A stretch of 62,945 bases of DNA, filler included, from Octopus bimaculoides (taxonomy: Eukaryota): assembly GCF_001194135.2 (NCBI RefSeq). It is 4 parts of 4 records of this genome, joined end to end, with 100 filler letters (N's around TTAATTAATTAA, not from the genome) between each part and the next. Parts side by side here need not be neighbours in the genome. Positions count along the whole stretch, not along the records: positions 40,881 to 58,294 come from NC_068993.1; positions 58,395 to 62,945 come from NC_068982.1; 2 more parts are not named here. One strand, given 5' to 3'. Shown here in pieces: positions 47,248-61,284 of this stretch. The notes beneath the pieces were generated by a model. It ran no database searches. It saw only the letters and a list, made by a program, of their open reading frames with translations, and had not been told where the DNA came from. The translations under genes and the position numbers were made by a program. The number at the start of each line of letters is the position of its first letter. Positions within the stretch are counted from its first letter, which is position 1.

Positions 47248-48800
47248 TAAAAGAGAGAGAGAGAAACAGAGAAACAGAGCAAAGAGAGTACGATAAAGAG
47301 AAAAAGGGTGTGAATTTGGGTGAGCGTGCGTGAGTGAGTGTGAGTATGCGTGGTATATTTCTAATCTAACAGTATCAGCGTTAAATTTTCTATTCCCACA
47401 TATGTGCCTGCAGAGCTGATTGCATTCAGTTGTGGCGTTTAGGTGCTGTCGCCTTGTTATTGGTGCTATACTGTCTAATATTTCAATGGTCCACATATAG
47501 GGAATACTAGCAAAAGCCTTCCGGTAGGCAGACACTTCTATTCTTAGACCATTCTTTTGCCAACAACCTTCAGCTATAGCTTTGTTCATCAGTACCATAT
47601 AAGTATGGCTATGTGAGTCTTTGTTGTATCCTTTGTGCAATTCTGGTTTATTTTCCTTCAAATATTATTTATTCTTTGCAATGTCATCACAGTTAAGTAT
47701 TTGTGAGAAAAACATAAGGCAGGTTATGGTTCGGTAAACTTTTAGGTGTTATCGTGTCTTTGGTCTTCAGGATACGATGTTTTGTCTCAGTCAGTGAGAA
47801 TATCACGCGTTGTCTTCGACTCCGTAATTTTCCAAAGTAGATACCTTCGTATGCATCCCATGTATCCTTGTTAAGAATTTTAACTAGAAGTTTCGTATTT
47901 CATCTTCCTCTGGAGATCTTCCAATTGTTTGTTTTTCTGCAACATCTGAGTTACATCTTGTGCTGTTTTAGACCCCACAATTGCTCAGATGTTGTGTTTA
48001 TTATTTTAAATAATCTGGCCCGTGGTAACGCCATTCTTATTCTTATCATTTCTCAGAATTCCTCTACTTCTCATGCTCATGAACGTGCATTGATTTTTGT
48101 ATTATTTTTACCAAGTCCATAATGAAATTGCTTTAGACTGGAGCCAAACAGTTTGTTTCATCAAAGGAACGCTGTCGCTTTTCATACGAACCGATTCTTC
48201 GTGATTTAGTGCTAATATCTTGTTTCAGGTGTTCTTTGATTTTGGATAGAATTTTTGTTAGTTATATAATATTTTTATAATATTACTCTCTTTTACATTT
48301 CTTTTTTCAGTTCTGTAATTTTGTTATTAATTTCATTAAGGTCTGATTGATCTTTTTTCTTATTTATCACATTTTCTGCATGTTTATTTTCTGTGTTATT
48401 TGCATGGGATTCGACATTGCTATATGAATAGATCTGAAAGCGTATCAACTTTCTATTGTAACTTTAATGGTACCTGCCTATTTTATTTCGTTTAACCTAG
48501 TGACATTGATGTTCGTAACCATTTTTATTAAGTCTGTGGTGAGAAAGTCTGCTATTTCTATTGTCATTAATTTATCGTTGAGTTTCATCTTTGCAAGATA
48601 CCTTCACTTTTCCATGGCAAGTTCTTCTATGCTTTTAATTCTTTAAATATTTCCATCTTTAGAAATTTCTCTTCTTAATCTTCCTCATATTCTTTTATAC
48701 ATATATTTTGTTTGTATTGTCCAGTGCATAAGAATTCCATCAGCATCCTGCTACAGTAACAGAGTTTAGCGTTGTAGTGTTTTGTTAATTTGATTTTTTT
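45430..48800 (-). mobile_element. Highly degenerate R4/Dong-like non-LTR retrotransposon (RT domain), interrupted by (CT)n
   Basis: Collinear minus-strand motifs: SRRIGSYEKRQ (about 48200), RTITCL (47720), AYRKAFASIPYMW (47520), HVADDAQLETLL...GSEKC (47100), SINAVAV (46790). The 3' end runs into (CA)n at about 45420. Confidence 0.7.
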
Positions 48801-49061
48801 TACTTCATAGTTTTATTCTTGGAAGTTACAGAAATATTGTTACATTATTCATGGTGCTTATACGTATCCCCCAACTTTATAATGGGAATACAAAGTGTAG
48901 TAAATCGGAGCTGGCAGTGGTTTCGTCACTGTATAGAAGACAGCAGGCTAGACCGAGGTTGAAAAGAAGGGTCATATGTACATATATGTATGTATTCGAG
49001 AAGTTACACATGTATACATACACATACATATATGCGTACTCATACCTTCACACATACAAAA

Positions 49062-49097
<36 letters not shown>

Positions 49098-49621
49098 GTA
49101 TAATTTTATAGACAAATACATATATCTATGGGTTTATATACATATATATATATGTGTATGTATATAAGTATAAGTATATATATATANNNNNNNNNNNNNN
49201 NNNNNNNNNNNNNNNNNNNNNNNNNNNNNNNNNNNNNNNNNNNNNNNNNNNNNNNNNNNNNNNNNNNNNNNNNNNNNNNNNNNNNNNNNNNNNNNNNNNN
49301 NNNNNNNNNNNNNNNNNNNNNNNNNNNNNNNNNNNNNNNNNNNNNNNNNNNNNNNNNNNNNNNNNNNNNNNNNNNNNNNNNNNNNNNNNNNNNNNNNNNN
49401 NNNNNNNNNNNNNNNNNNNNNNNNNNNNNNNNNNNNNNNNNNNNNNNNNNNNNNNNNNNNNNNNNNNNNNNNNNNNNNNNNNNNNNNNNNNNNNNNNNNN
49501 NNNNNNNNNNNNNAATGATATCAGGAGTTAAATGGGTTGAATTTTACGAGTCCAACAGCTGTTTCTGGAGGCTTGGAGGTCCGATGCATGTATATACGTA
49601 TATGTGCCCGTGTCTATCTGT

Positions 49622-49858
49622 CTTATTTCTTTATTGCCCACAAGGGGATAAACATAGAGGGGACAAACAAGGACAGACAAAGGGATTAAGTCGATTACAT
49701 CGACCCCAGTGCGTAACTGGTACTTAATTTATCGACCCCCGAAAGGATGAAAGGCAAAGTCGACCTCAGCGGAATTTGAACTCAGAACGTAACGGCAGAC
49801 GAAATACCGCTAAGCATTTCGCCCGGTGTGCTAACGTTTCTGCCAGCCCGGCGCCTTT
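49622..49858 (-). mobile_element. Near full-length, well-preserved tRNA-derived SINE (Meta-domain-like)
   Basis: On the minus strand: CTGGCAGAAACGTTAGCAC (A-box), TTCTGAGTTCAAATTCC (B-box), GTCGACTTTGCCTTTCATCCTTTCGGGGGTCGATAAATTAAGTACCAG (Meta-like core). Confidence 0.9.
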
Positions 49859-49859
49859 G

Positions 49860-49965
49860 CCCGTGTCTATCTATCTATATATCCATCTGCCGTGTCTATC
49901 TGTCTATCTGCCTATCTATATATCTATCTGCCGTGTCTATCTGTCTATCTGCCAGCTCGCCCGTG

Positions 49966-50034
<69 letters not shown>

Positions 50035-50035
50035 A
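49860..50035. repeat. Compound (CTAT)n with interspersed CCGTGT units
   Basis: Directly visible. Confidence 0.9.
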
Positions 50036-50443
50036 CACAGGTATATATGTTAAACAAAAAATCAATCACGGTATCCCAAAAAGAAAGGCGAGACTATAGC
50101 CAAGAATATACAAAGACACAAGCCCATGCATCAATATATTTAAACAAATGTTTGAATGTATACACACGTCTAAAGTCACCCGACACACACATACATGGAA
50201 ATATATGTATATATCGATACATATGTAAATATACATACACTCATATTTTCATAGATATATACACATGTACACACAAATATCTTATGTTTGTATGTATGTA
50301 TGTATGTATCTATCTGTCTGTCTGTCGGTCTGTTTATCTATCTATCTATCCATCTCTCTCTCTCTCTGTCTGTCTGTCTATCTGTCTGTCTGTCTATCTG
50401 TCTGTCTGTCTCTCTATCTCTCTCTCTCTCTCTNNNNNNNNNN

Positions 50444-50503
<60 letters not shown>

Positions 50504-50973
50504 GTATATAGATATATACAAACACATACACATATATAATACATTCTCCGTATATATCATATTTAAAAATGTTTAGTTGGAGGAGCCCCCACTGCTGTTC
50601 CGTGTACTTAAATAGCATCACTATGATGTATTTAAGGCATTGTGCCGTGGCCTATATTTCATGTAGTCGCATACTTTGCATTCACTAAGATGGTGGACAT
50701 AATTTTCTTAATGAAATATTATTGATGTAGACAAGCAAACACATGCACGTGTGCACACGCACGCACACAAACATACACACACACACAGTTGCTCATACAC
50801 ACGCTCAGAAGCAAACATCTACACGAGCGAGGATTTATAAATATATATATCAAATTTGGATATCTTTAGAAGAAATCTGAATGTGAAAGAAAGAAAATGT
50901 TTTTCCGATATACATGCATACATACATACATGCATATGCATGCATACATATACATACATACATATATATTCAT

Positions 50974-51011
<38 letters not shown>

Positions 51012-52091
51012 GAATGAATGTAAGTATATTAATATACTTGTACCAGTGTGTATATTTTTGTGTATGTGTATACACACACACACACATATATATATATATA
51101 CAAATATACACAAAAGTGTTATTGTGTGTTTATACACATTCGTGTATGTATATATATATGTGTGTGTGTATGGACGTGTATATATATATATGTACATATA
51201 TGTGTGCGTATATATATATATATATATATACACATAGAAATGAGTGTATATATATGTATGTATATACTTTTACATACGTATGTAGAAATACATACATTTA
51301 TAATGTCATATATATATAAATATATATATATGTGCGTGTGCGCGCGCACACGCGCGTGCATATACGTGTGTATATAAAATCTTTGTTCATAAAAATGATT
51401 TGTTACATCAGCAAAAGGTTACAAATTTCTATGGCGGGGTGGTGGTATTTCATTCACTCAAATCAAACGAAGGTGAGGAAAGGGGAGGAGAAGCAATATG
51501 ATTAACANNNNNNNNNNNNNNNNNNNNNNNNNNNNNNNNNNNNNNNNNNNNNNNNNNNNNNNNNNNNNNNNNNNNNNNNNNNNNNNNNNNNNNNNNNNNN
51601 NNNNNNNNNNNNNNNNNNNNNNNNNNNNNNNNNNNNNNNNNNNNNNNNNNNNNNNNNNNNNNNNNNNNNNNNNNNNNNNNNNNNNNNNNGGTGGGTGGGT
51701 GAAGAAGTAATAGAACTTATATACAAAACAAGTAGAAACGTGGATCTTTACAATATGCTTGTCTTTGTATATTAGATGGTATTCAGCGCCGTACATGCAT
51801 ACAGTCATGTGTGTTTGTGTGTGTGTGTGTGTGTGTGTATGTGTGTATGTGTATGTGTGTGTGTGTGTGAGTATGTGTGTGTATTTGCGTGTGTGTGAGT
51901 ATGTGTGTGTATTTGTGTGTGTGTGTGTGTGTATGTGTGTGTTTATATCTATCTTTCAATATATATATATATATATATAAAAGGATATATGTATTTATGG
52001 TTTGTATGTAAGGATCTATTTATATATACATACATACCTATATATACATGCATACATACATACATAAATAAATACATAGATATATACATAC

Positions 52092-52157
<66 letters not shown>

Positions 52158-53254
52158 TTATATATATACTGCTGAATGTCGCTTCTGAAAAACTTATGCA
52201 GCTTTTGGTTTAAATTCACTTACCACATCTAAACTTTGTCTCCTCTAAAACTGCTCCAGATTTTCACGTAATTTTATCTCCTTTGCCACTCCACTGTGGC
52301 CCCATCTGTGCCTCAGCTAACCCACCACACTGCAGTATTTACTATACATACCTTACCTCTCCTCCATCTCCCATACTCCACTCTGCCTCTCCACGACTCA
52401 CCGCTTTCCTTTCTTCCACATGCACCTACTTGCACTCGCTTACAAACACATCCTACCTGCCACCTCTCACTCCTACCTTTCATTTAGACATACATGTTCA
52501 CACACATGTGCAATTACCCTGACGTGAATACATACACACACACGCCCACACCTACACACACACTCATGGATATGCTCACACACTCCAATAGCTGAAATAC
52601 TCATAGAGACACAAGCACATGTGCGCAAACTCACCAGCAATATCTCACACATACATCATACCACTCTCCATCACTCGAACTCACGACTTAAAATCCACTT
52701 TTCATCGCAAGTTACAATACGGTCGAGAAATGGATCGGTCTGTTATGGAGAAGAAGCGACGAGTAAATTTCATGTCTGCGGATTTTCTGATTGTCTTTCA
52801 AATCGTGTGGTACCCATTTGTGGGGTGTTTTTTTTATTTTCTGATCACATGCAAATGGTTGCAAGCAGTTTTCTAGCTAACTTGAAGTTCTTTTGCCAGT
52901 TCTCGAGCAATAATATAACAACCAGTTAATGACGTTGATTAAAACATACCTCTAGCATATAAATATAAACAAATTACAGAATATCGGTATACCTGGCAAA
53001 CCGTAATGTTTAAGCTGCACGCAGATTGGTTAAAAACGTATTCTAAAAATTCAACTTGTTGGAGCGTTCTGAAAAGTATTACAGTTTTCAAGAACACAAC
53101 TGTCAGTTAAACACATTTGAAATCTGATGATTACTCTACGTATGAAAGTGCTAATTTAATTTTATGCACGTTGCAAAATATATTTTTTGAATCTTAAAAT
53201 ACCATAATAAAAAACGTGAAGACCAGACCATGTTTTAACTTTATTCAGCTGGTA

Positions 53255-53312
<58 letters not shown>

Positions 53313-53471
53313 CATATATATATATACATATATATATATTTAATATATAAATATATATTGATGTATGCATGCATGCATGTAAATATGCGTATCAGGTCAC
53401 TCGCAAGTGCTATTATTAGCAGTGCAGACCTTTGCATGGTTGGTTCGTCAGCATTTTATATTGACATGTAT

Positions 53472-53523
<52 letters not shown>

Positions 53524-55384
53524 CTCTTTCTCTCTTTAACATCATTCGCTTTTCCTAAAACTATTTGTTGTTCGTTCTGTCACTTCTTCTCCTCCTCCTC
53601 CTCCTCCTCCTTCACCTCCACCTCCACCTCTTCTTTCTCTTCCACTTCACCATTCTTTCCATAAAAATTCTTTTAGACTCATTTGTTCTCTTTGTCTAAT
53701 TATATCTTCCACCATCTTTTTTTTATGTCTCTGTTGCTCTTTCTACATTTTGCTCTCACAGAAATGTACACACGCACACACTTATACTACCTCTGTCGCA
53801 TCTCTCATCTCTCTTTCTCTCAGTCTCTCTCTCTATCTACCCCACTCCATTTAGCACTACTTCTTAGAACCCTGTACGCAAAACAAAGCCAGAATTCGCA
53901 CAGTTATAGAGTGCTATGCCATCACCAAGTTTATTGGTAAAGTTTATCACACATCTATTGATCTACTGGTTCTCAGAGCATCTTGTTGATAAAGGAAGTA
54001 GCAAGAGGTGATTTCTATCACTAAATCCTAAGGAGAATTTCTCCATGGAAGCGACTTACCATTATTTTTGAATGCTTTTACCAAAGCTCGAATATCACCA
54101 AACCTGTCTAATTATCTAATCTATTTCTTTCTCTGATCAGTCAATGTAGCTGTAAAAACGACAGCTATTAACATAATCATCACCATCTCGTTCTCTCTGT
54201 CTGTCTGTTTGTCTCTCTCTGTCTGATTTTATCAATCCATCTCGTTCACATTCTTTCCCTCTTTTCCTCGTCTATTCCTCCCTTTATCATTTCATCTCTT
54301 TCTCTCTTCTCACCTTATCAAGCCATCCATCACATACTTTGCCTTTCTTTATTTCTTTCTTTATTTCTCTCTTTCTCTTCACAAATACACACACACATAC
54401 TTACCTACATAAAATCATACATGTGCATGCTTATATGCATATATATATGTATACATACATACACATATATAAACATTTGTGTATATGCATATATATATAT
54501 ATATATATATACACATACACACACACACATGTCCTTCTTCCCAACCCCACCCTATTAGTAGTTCAATTACCTACATACAGCTAGTATTATCACTAATATC
54601 TAGTTGCCATCGTTACCACATACACCCATAGCAATGACACAATCTACATCAAGAATAACAATACCACCACCACCACCACCACCACCACCACTAACAACAA
54701 CAAAAAGACCAATATCGCTATCCGACGAAGTCCAACTTGTTAAGGGAATACAGATAGAAACTTGACACAGAAACAGATGGATACATACACATATGTGTGT
54801 GTGTGTATATATATATATTTATATATATATAAAAATTCAATAGTAGGACGAATTCTTTTACAAGAATTTATCAAGTAGCTAGCGTGAAAAAACCTATGCA
54901 CACACACACACACACATATATACATACATGCATACACGCGCGCGCGCACACGCACAGACATATATAAAGGAGAGTGAGGGAAAGATACAGGAAGAAGAGA
55001 GAGAGAGAGAGAGTGGATGAGGGAGAAAGTTGGCTAGAGGGAGGATGAGGCAGGTGGAGAGAGGGAAGACGATGGAGAGAGCAACTTAAGAAATGCCGCA
55101 CTTCTCATGTAATCAACCACTGTGTAAGGTGGAGAAAGTAGAGTAGGGTAGTGCTTAGAAAATACAGAAACACTTCTCAACTTTCTCTATCACGGTCAAC
55201 GCGATGATGACACGATACACATCTTCCTTCCAAGCACTTCTGTAAACAGCGAAAGTGAGCTAGAACGTTAAAGCTTAGTGCACATGCACAGCAGATTTCA
55301 AAGTCAATCTGTGCCAAGCGGCTTCACTCTGCGTGCTTTAGCTTCGTTACTATAGCTACAGTTCTGGAACTTATTAATCAGACC

Positions 55385-55560
55385 ACATATATACGACGGG
55401 ATTCTTTCAGTTTCCGTCTACCAAATCCACTCGCAAAGCTTTGGTCGGTCCGTGGTCATAGCAGAAGACACTTACCCAAGTTGCAACGCTCAGGGACCGA
55501 GCCCAAAACCATATGGTTGACAAGCTAGCTCCTTACCACACAGCCACCCCTGCGCCTATG
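55385..55560 (-). mobile_element. 5' half of second SINE family (tRNA-like head)
   Basis: On the minus strand: GGCGCAGGGGTGGCTGTGTGGTAAGG...GGTAGACGGAAACTGAAAGAATCCCGTCGTATAT. Confidence 0.8.
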
Positions 55561-55944
55561 GTTACAAAAGTTGAGAATGTCACGTATGGAATGCCATTTA
55601 TTGTAGCTATGTTCAGTTTGAGTTCATCTACGGCTACACAATACCCGCATCGAGAAATTCCATAAGAATATCTAGTTTCGTTAAGGAGAAACCTTTTGCA
55701 GTCGATAGAAGGAAATACCAGTGATACACTGGGGACCACTGCAGTTTACTTTCACGTGTTCTTTAGAAATATGTGATACAAGAACAGTGTGATGACTCAA
55801 TCTAGCTTGTCAACTGTAACTACATTTACGTCATTATACGATGTCTGTGTGTCACTACTGGTGAGACGTACTTGATGTGTTCAATCATTGACTTTCATTT
55901 AAATAGGATGCAAAAAACGAAATCATTGCCATACAACGAAACAT

Positions 55945-56279
55945 ATATGCATGTATGTATGTATGTATGTATGTATGTATGTGTGTATGTATGTATGTGT
56001 GTATGTATGCATGTATGTATGTATGTATGTATGTATGCATGTATGCATGTATGTATGTATGTATGTATGTATTTATGTATGTATGCATGTATGTATTCAT
56101 GTATGTATGTATGTATGTATGTATGTATGTATGTATATATTTATGTATGTATGCATGTATGTATTATGTATGTATGTATGTATTTATTTATGTATGTATG
56201 CATGCATGCATGTATGTATGTATGTATGTATGTATGTGCATACATGTACATATGTATGTGTACGTTTGTATGTATATAT
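55945..56279. repeat. (TATG)n microsatellite
   Basis: Directly visible. Confidence 0.95.
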
Positions 56280-57149
56280 NNNNNNNNNNNNNNNNNNNNN
56301 NNNNNNNNNNNNNNNNNNNNNNNNNNNNNNNNNNNNNNNNNNNNNNNNNNNNNNNNNNNNNNNNNNNNNNNNNNNNNNNNNNNNNNNNNNNNNNNNNNNN
56401 NNNNNNNNNNNNNNNNNNNNNNNNNNNNNNNNNNNNNNNNNNNNNNNNNNNNNNNNNNNNNNNNNNNNNNNNNNNNNNNNNNNNNNNNNNNNNNNNNNNN
56501 NNNNNNNNNNNNNNNNNNNNNNNNNNNNNNNNNNNNNNNNNNNNNNNNNNNNNNNNNNNNNNNNNNNNNNNNNNNNNNNNNNNNNNNNNNNNNNNNNNNN
56601 NNNNNNNNNNNNNNNNNNNNNNNNNNNNNNNNNNNNNNNNNNNNNNNNNNNNNNNNNTATATATATATAAATGTATAAGGATAGATGTATATAAGTGTGT
56701 GTGTGTGTGTGTGTGTGTGTACACAGACATATGTGTACACAGACATGGGCACAAAAATAGATACGAACGTACACACATACATACATGTATGTGTGATTTT
56801 ATATGTAACCACGACACCTCTGTCTGAAGCAGGTGAATATTAATTAATTCAACAACAAGCCTAATAACATTCTCGGATCAAAAGAGTCAAGCTTTACCAA
56901 ACAGCATGAAAAAAATGACAATAACAATAACAACATTACTAACACATATATATGCAATACATACATACATACATAGATACATGGATACAGACGTACATAC
57001 ACACAAACATACATACAAACACTCACGTACGTAGTACATACACATGTATATATACATATATATATATACGTGTATATGTATGTTTATATATGTGTATATA
57101 TACGTATATATATATATATTCATAAACATATACATATACATACACACAC

Positions 57150-57183
<34 letters not shown>

Positions 57184-57524
57184 GTATATATATATGCGAC
57201 CGTATAACATTTATAAACGTATATATATATATATATGCATATATATATATATATGCATATATGTGTACGTATGTACATATATGTATATGAATATATGTGT
57301 ATAAGCATATATATATGTATACATATGTATATGTATATATGTATATATATTCATATACATATATGTACATACGTACACATATATNNNNNNNNNNTATATA
57401 TATATATTTATATATACAGCGTAGAAAAACTATATATACATGTATATATATGTATATGTATATGTATAGATACATATATATATTTACATATATATACATA
57501 TATACTTGCATATATGTATATATG

Positions 57525-57556
<32 letters not shown>

Positions 57557-57729
57557 CATGTATGTATGTGTATACACATATATATATACATATAGTCATA
57601 TAGTATAATATAATATAATATAATATATATATATGAAATGAAAACGGAAAAAATAAATGTCTTGTTATCCATATATTTTAAATAATATTGAATGCTACAG
57701 ACACTGATATTCTTACAGGATATACAATT

Positions 57730-57995
57730 TATAGACGATATCAATATCTTTTCGGCACATGAATTTTATAAATATAGCTTTCTCTATAGAGTATAAAATT
57801 TATTGATACCTCTATATCTTCATAGGATATTTAATTTATGGATAACACTATGTATGAAATCGTATTAAATTTATAGATATCAAAAAATCCTTATATACAG
57901 AGAGTATAGAAATTTATCAATATCAGTATTTTCATAAAAGGTTAAATTTATTGACATCGATGTTTACATACGTATTAAATTTTGTTAGTATCGGA
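57730..57995. repeat. Degenerate AT-rich minisatellite, about 35-bp period (AAATTTAT(A/T)GATATC core)
   Basis: About 8 recurrences of AATTTAT...ATATC at roughly 33-43 bp spacing. Confidence 0.6.
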
Positions 57996-58394
57996 ATCCA
58001 TTCATTTTTGCACTACACACGCCCCTACATCCACCGCCACCATCACCACCACCACCACCACCACCACCAACAAAAACAACAACACCACTGCCGCCGCTGT
58101 CACCATCACCGCCGCTGTCGCCAGCACAGCCGCCGCCTCCACCACCTCCACCGCCATCATCAAAACTACCACCACTACCTCCACCATCACCGAAACCACT
58201 ACCATATCTGCTTCAAGAATAAGTATTAAAAAAATCCTCGTCCTGTAAAAAAAAAAAATTAAAATAAATAGATGGATGAATAAAAAAAAAAAATNNNNNN
58301 NNNNNNNNNNNNNNNNNNNNNNNNNNNNNNNNNNNNNNTTAATTAATTAANNNNNNNNNNNNNNNNNNNNNNNNNNNNNNNNNNNNNNNNNNNN

Positions 58395-58427
<33 letters not shown>

Positions 58428-58828
58428 ACGAGAGAGAATCTTTTGAAAGAAAATGTCAAATTCTTACCTCTGGTATTGTTGCTTTGTATCGTTGATCTCC
58501 GAAAACTGGAGCATTATCATTCTCATCAAGAATTATTAAGTAACATGGACTACCTACTGAACCATCCTAAATTTAAAAAAAAAAACAGATATTCAAATAT
58601 TATAATTCCATACAATCTCAAAAACATAAATTCAATCTTGTTGATGTGTAAGCTTCTCTTCAATGTAAGTAATTTTACATCACAAAAAAGCATGCATATG
58701 ATAATTCAACAGTTTTACAATCATTTGTATGAACTCATTATAAAATACATTATTGGAACTTAGTTTATTACTGCTGCTGATAATATAGAGGATAAGACAA
58801 ATTAATTTTGAATAACAATATATATTTC

Positions 58829-59074
58829 ACAAGCAAAATAGCTAGTTGGGAAATCTCTATAAGAGATGAAAGTAGTAACTATACTGAGAAGCAATGTTTA
58901 CTGCCACTTCAACATGGCTGTTTCACACAAAGGAGCCTTCCTCTTGGGGTTAAAAATGGTAGTAACACCAGTTCATTTGAAACAGCCATGTTGCAGTGGC
59001 AACAAACATTACTTCTCAGTATAGTTACTAATTTCATCTCTTGCAAAGATTTTCTAACTAGTTACTTTGCTTGT
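58829..59074. repeat. Fold-back inverted repeat: 97-bp ungapped arms, 52-nt loop
   Basis: Arms 58829-58925 and 58978-59074; 85/97 complementary by manual comparison. Confidence 0.9.
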
Positions 59075-59844
59075 TGCAAGATCAGTGACTGAATTTCACT
59101 TACTTTTCTATATATTGCGAACTAGGGGTGAATTGCTGCTATCACTAGCAAACAGGTGTCCAGCACTGAGGATGGGCAAAAGTAGCCCAAAACCAGACAG
59201 TCTGCTGGTCCTGTCAAGTCACTTAAAGATAGTAAAAGGTTCACACCCTTGCTTGCAAAATATATCAGGTGCAAATTACTAGAGGATGCTTCCTCTTGGG
59301 GTTAAATAATGATAGTAATATCAGTTCATACAGAACAGCTATATTGAAGTGGTGACAAGCATTACTTCTCAATATATATTTAGTCGTATCTTGGGAGAGT
59401 CAATCTGCCAATAAGAACAACACATTCAGGTTCAATTCCACTTCTTTATACTTAGTCAATTATTTAAACATCTATCTATCAAAATAATGATCACTTGTTT
59501 AATGTATTGGTTAAACCAGTGGTTTCCAAAATGGGCAGTACCATTCATCTGGGTGGAGTGGAAAGATCCAAAGAGGCACTGAAAAGAAAGGGGCAATGGA
59601 GAGCAATGCCCTACCTTTACTTTTCAATGGTACATTCAAGTTTAGAAAATACTGCTCAAAAATCAATCTGGAAAATGTTTTAGTAAAACTAACTTCAAGA
59701 AGCAAGAACAGAACAAAAATTTTTTTTGAAAATCCAAAAGTTAACTAACAAAGCTGGTCATAAGATTTTAAAGAAAGTTTTCCAAGAAGATGTAAACATA
59801 GGACATTGAACAAAAGCAACAGCAACAGTGAGAAGAACAGATCA

Positions 59845-60815
59845 TCATCATCATCATTTAAAGTCCATTTTCCATACTGGCATGGGTTGGATGGTTTGAC
59901 TGAGGTCTAGAGAGCCAGAGGCTGCACCAGGCTCCAATCTGATCTGGCAATGTTTCTACAGCTGGGTGCTCTTCCTAATGCCAACCACTCAGAGAGTGCT
60001 TTTTACACGCGACCAGCACAGGAGCCAATCAGGTGGACCAGGCATCGATCATGTTTGGATAGTGCTTTTTACGTGCCACCAGCATGGAGCCTGTCAGGGG
60101 GTACTGGCATTGACCATGTTCAGATGGTGTTTATCAGGTGCCACCAGCATGGGGGCCAGTCAGGCGGTCCTGGCATTGATCACATTAGGATAGGGTTTTT
60201 TACATGCCACAGCCAAAGGAGCAAGTCAGTGGGTACTGGCATCAGCCATATTTGGATGGTACTTTTTATGTGTCACTGGGAAGGAAGCCAGTCAGAGGGT
60301 ACTGGCATCGGCCACGTTCTGATGGTGCTTTTTATGTGCCATTGGCACAGAGGCCAGTCAGGTGGTCCTGGCATTGGCTAAGTTCAGATGGTGCGTTTTA
60401 CTTGCCTCTGGCACAGGAACTAGTCAGAGGACACTGGCTACAGCTACGATTTTGGTTTTACTTGACTCAACAGGTCTTCTCAAGCATATCATATTGCCCA
60501 AAGCATCAGGGGTATTCTTAACTGGGCCAGACATGCATGACTGCAATCTCACATTAGTTGCCAGGTGTTCTCAATCACAGCATATCTCCAAGGGTCTTGA
60601 TCTCCTGTCATTGCCTCTTTGAGGTTCAATGTTCGAAGGTCATGCTTCACCACCTCATCCAATGTCTTCTTGTGTCTACCTCTTCCACAGGTTCCTTCCA
60701 CAGTTAGAGAGTGGCACTTCCTCACACAACTGTCCACATCCATACTTAATACATGACCACACCAATACAGTCATCTCTCTTGCACACCACATTTGATGCT
60801 TCTTATGCCCAACTT
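59845..60815 (-). mobile_element. RTE LINE 3' end: ORF2 C-terminus, 3' UTR with 66-bp VNTR, (ATG)n tail
   Basis: KLGIRSIKCGVQER...MDVDSCVRKCHSLTVEGTCGRGRHKKTLDEVVKHDL..L.L..AMTGDQDPWR. Tail (CAT)n on the plus strand at about 59842-59858. Confidence 0.85.
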
Positions 60816-61199
60816 NNNNNNNNNNNNNNNNNNNNNNNNNNNNNNNNNNNNNNNNNNNNNNNNNNNNNNNNNNNNNNNNNNNNNNNNNNNNNNNNNNNNN
60901 NNNNNNNNNNNNNNNAAAATCTTCATCCACAGCCAAAAGTCTAACAGGAGAAATTCCTGATGGTTAAGTGCAGATCCTTCTGTTTTCATTGAATGATTCA
61001 CACCAAGTTTTCAGCAATTGTGATGAATTTAGGAATGGTTAGTGGTGAATGTCATGTCATAACACCTCACATCTTTTGACAGGATTTTAGAGTTAATACT
61101 ACTGTATATATTGAGCTGCTGGAGACAGATCTGTTAAGTCCTAGATGGATTAAGTATGCAATGGAAGGCCATATGTGCTTCAATAGACTTGGCACTTAC

Positions 61200-61265
61200 A
61201 ATCATGTAACACCAAACTTGTGGCCTCCAAACTTGCCAGATTTAAACCTCATGGACCACTACATT
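61200..61265 (+). mobile_element. Short Tc1/mariner transposase fragment
   Basis: TPNLWPPNLPDLNLMDHY (WPPNSPDLNP-type motif). Confidence 0.6.
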
Positions 61266-61284
61266 TGCATCAAGAAGCGAAGAT

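Noticed and set aside
49780-49858. tRNA-like sequences in SINE heads
   Set aside because: A/B boxes only; they continue into SINE bodies and no cloverleaf or acceptor stem was evident, so they were not called tRNA genes.
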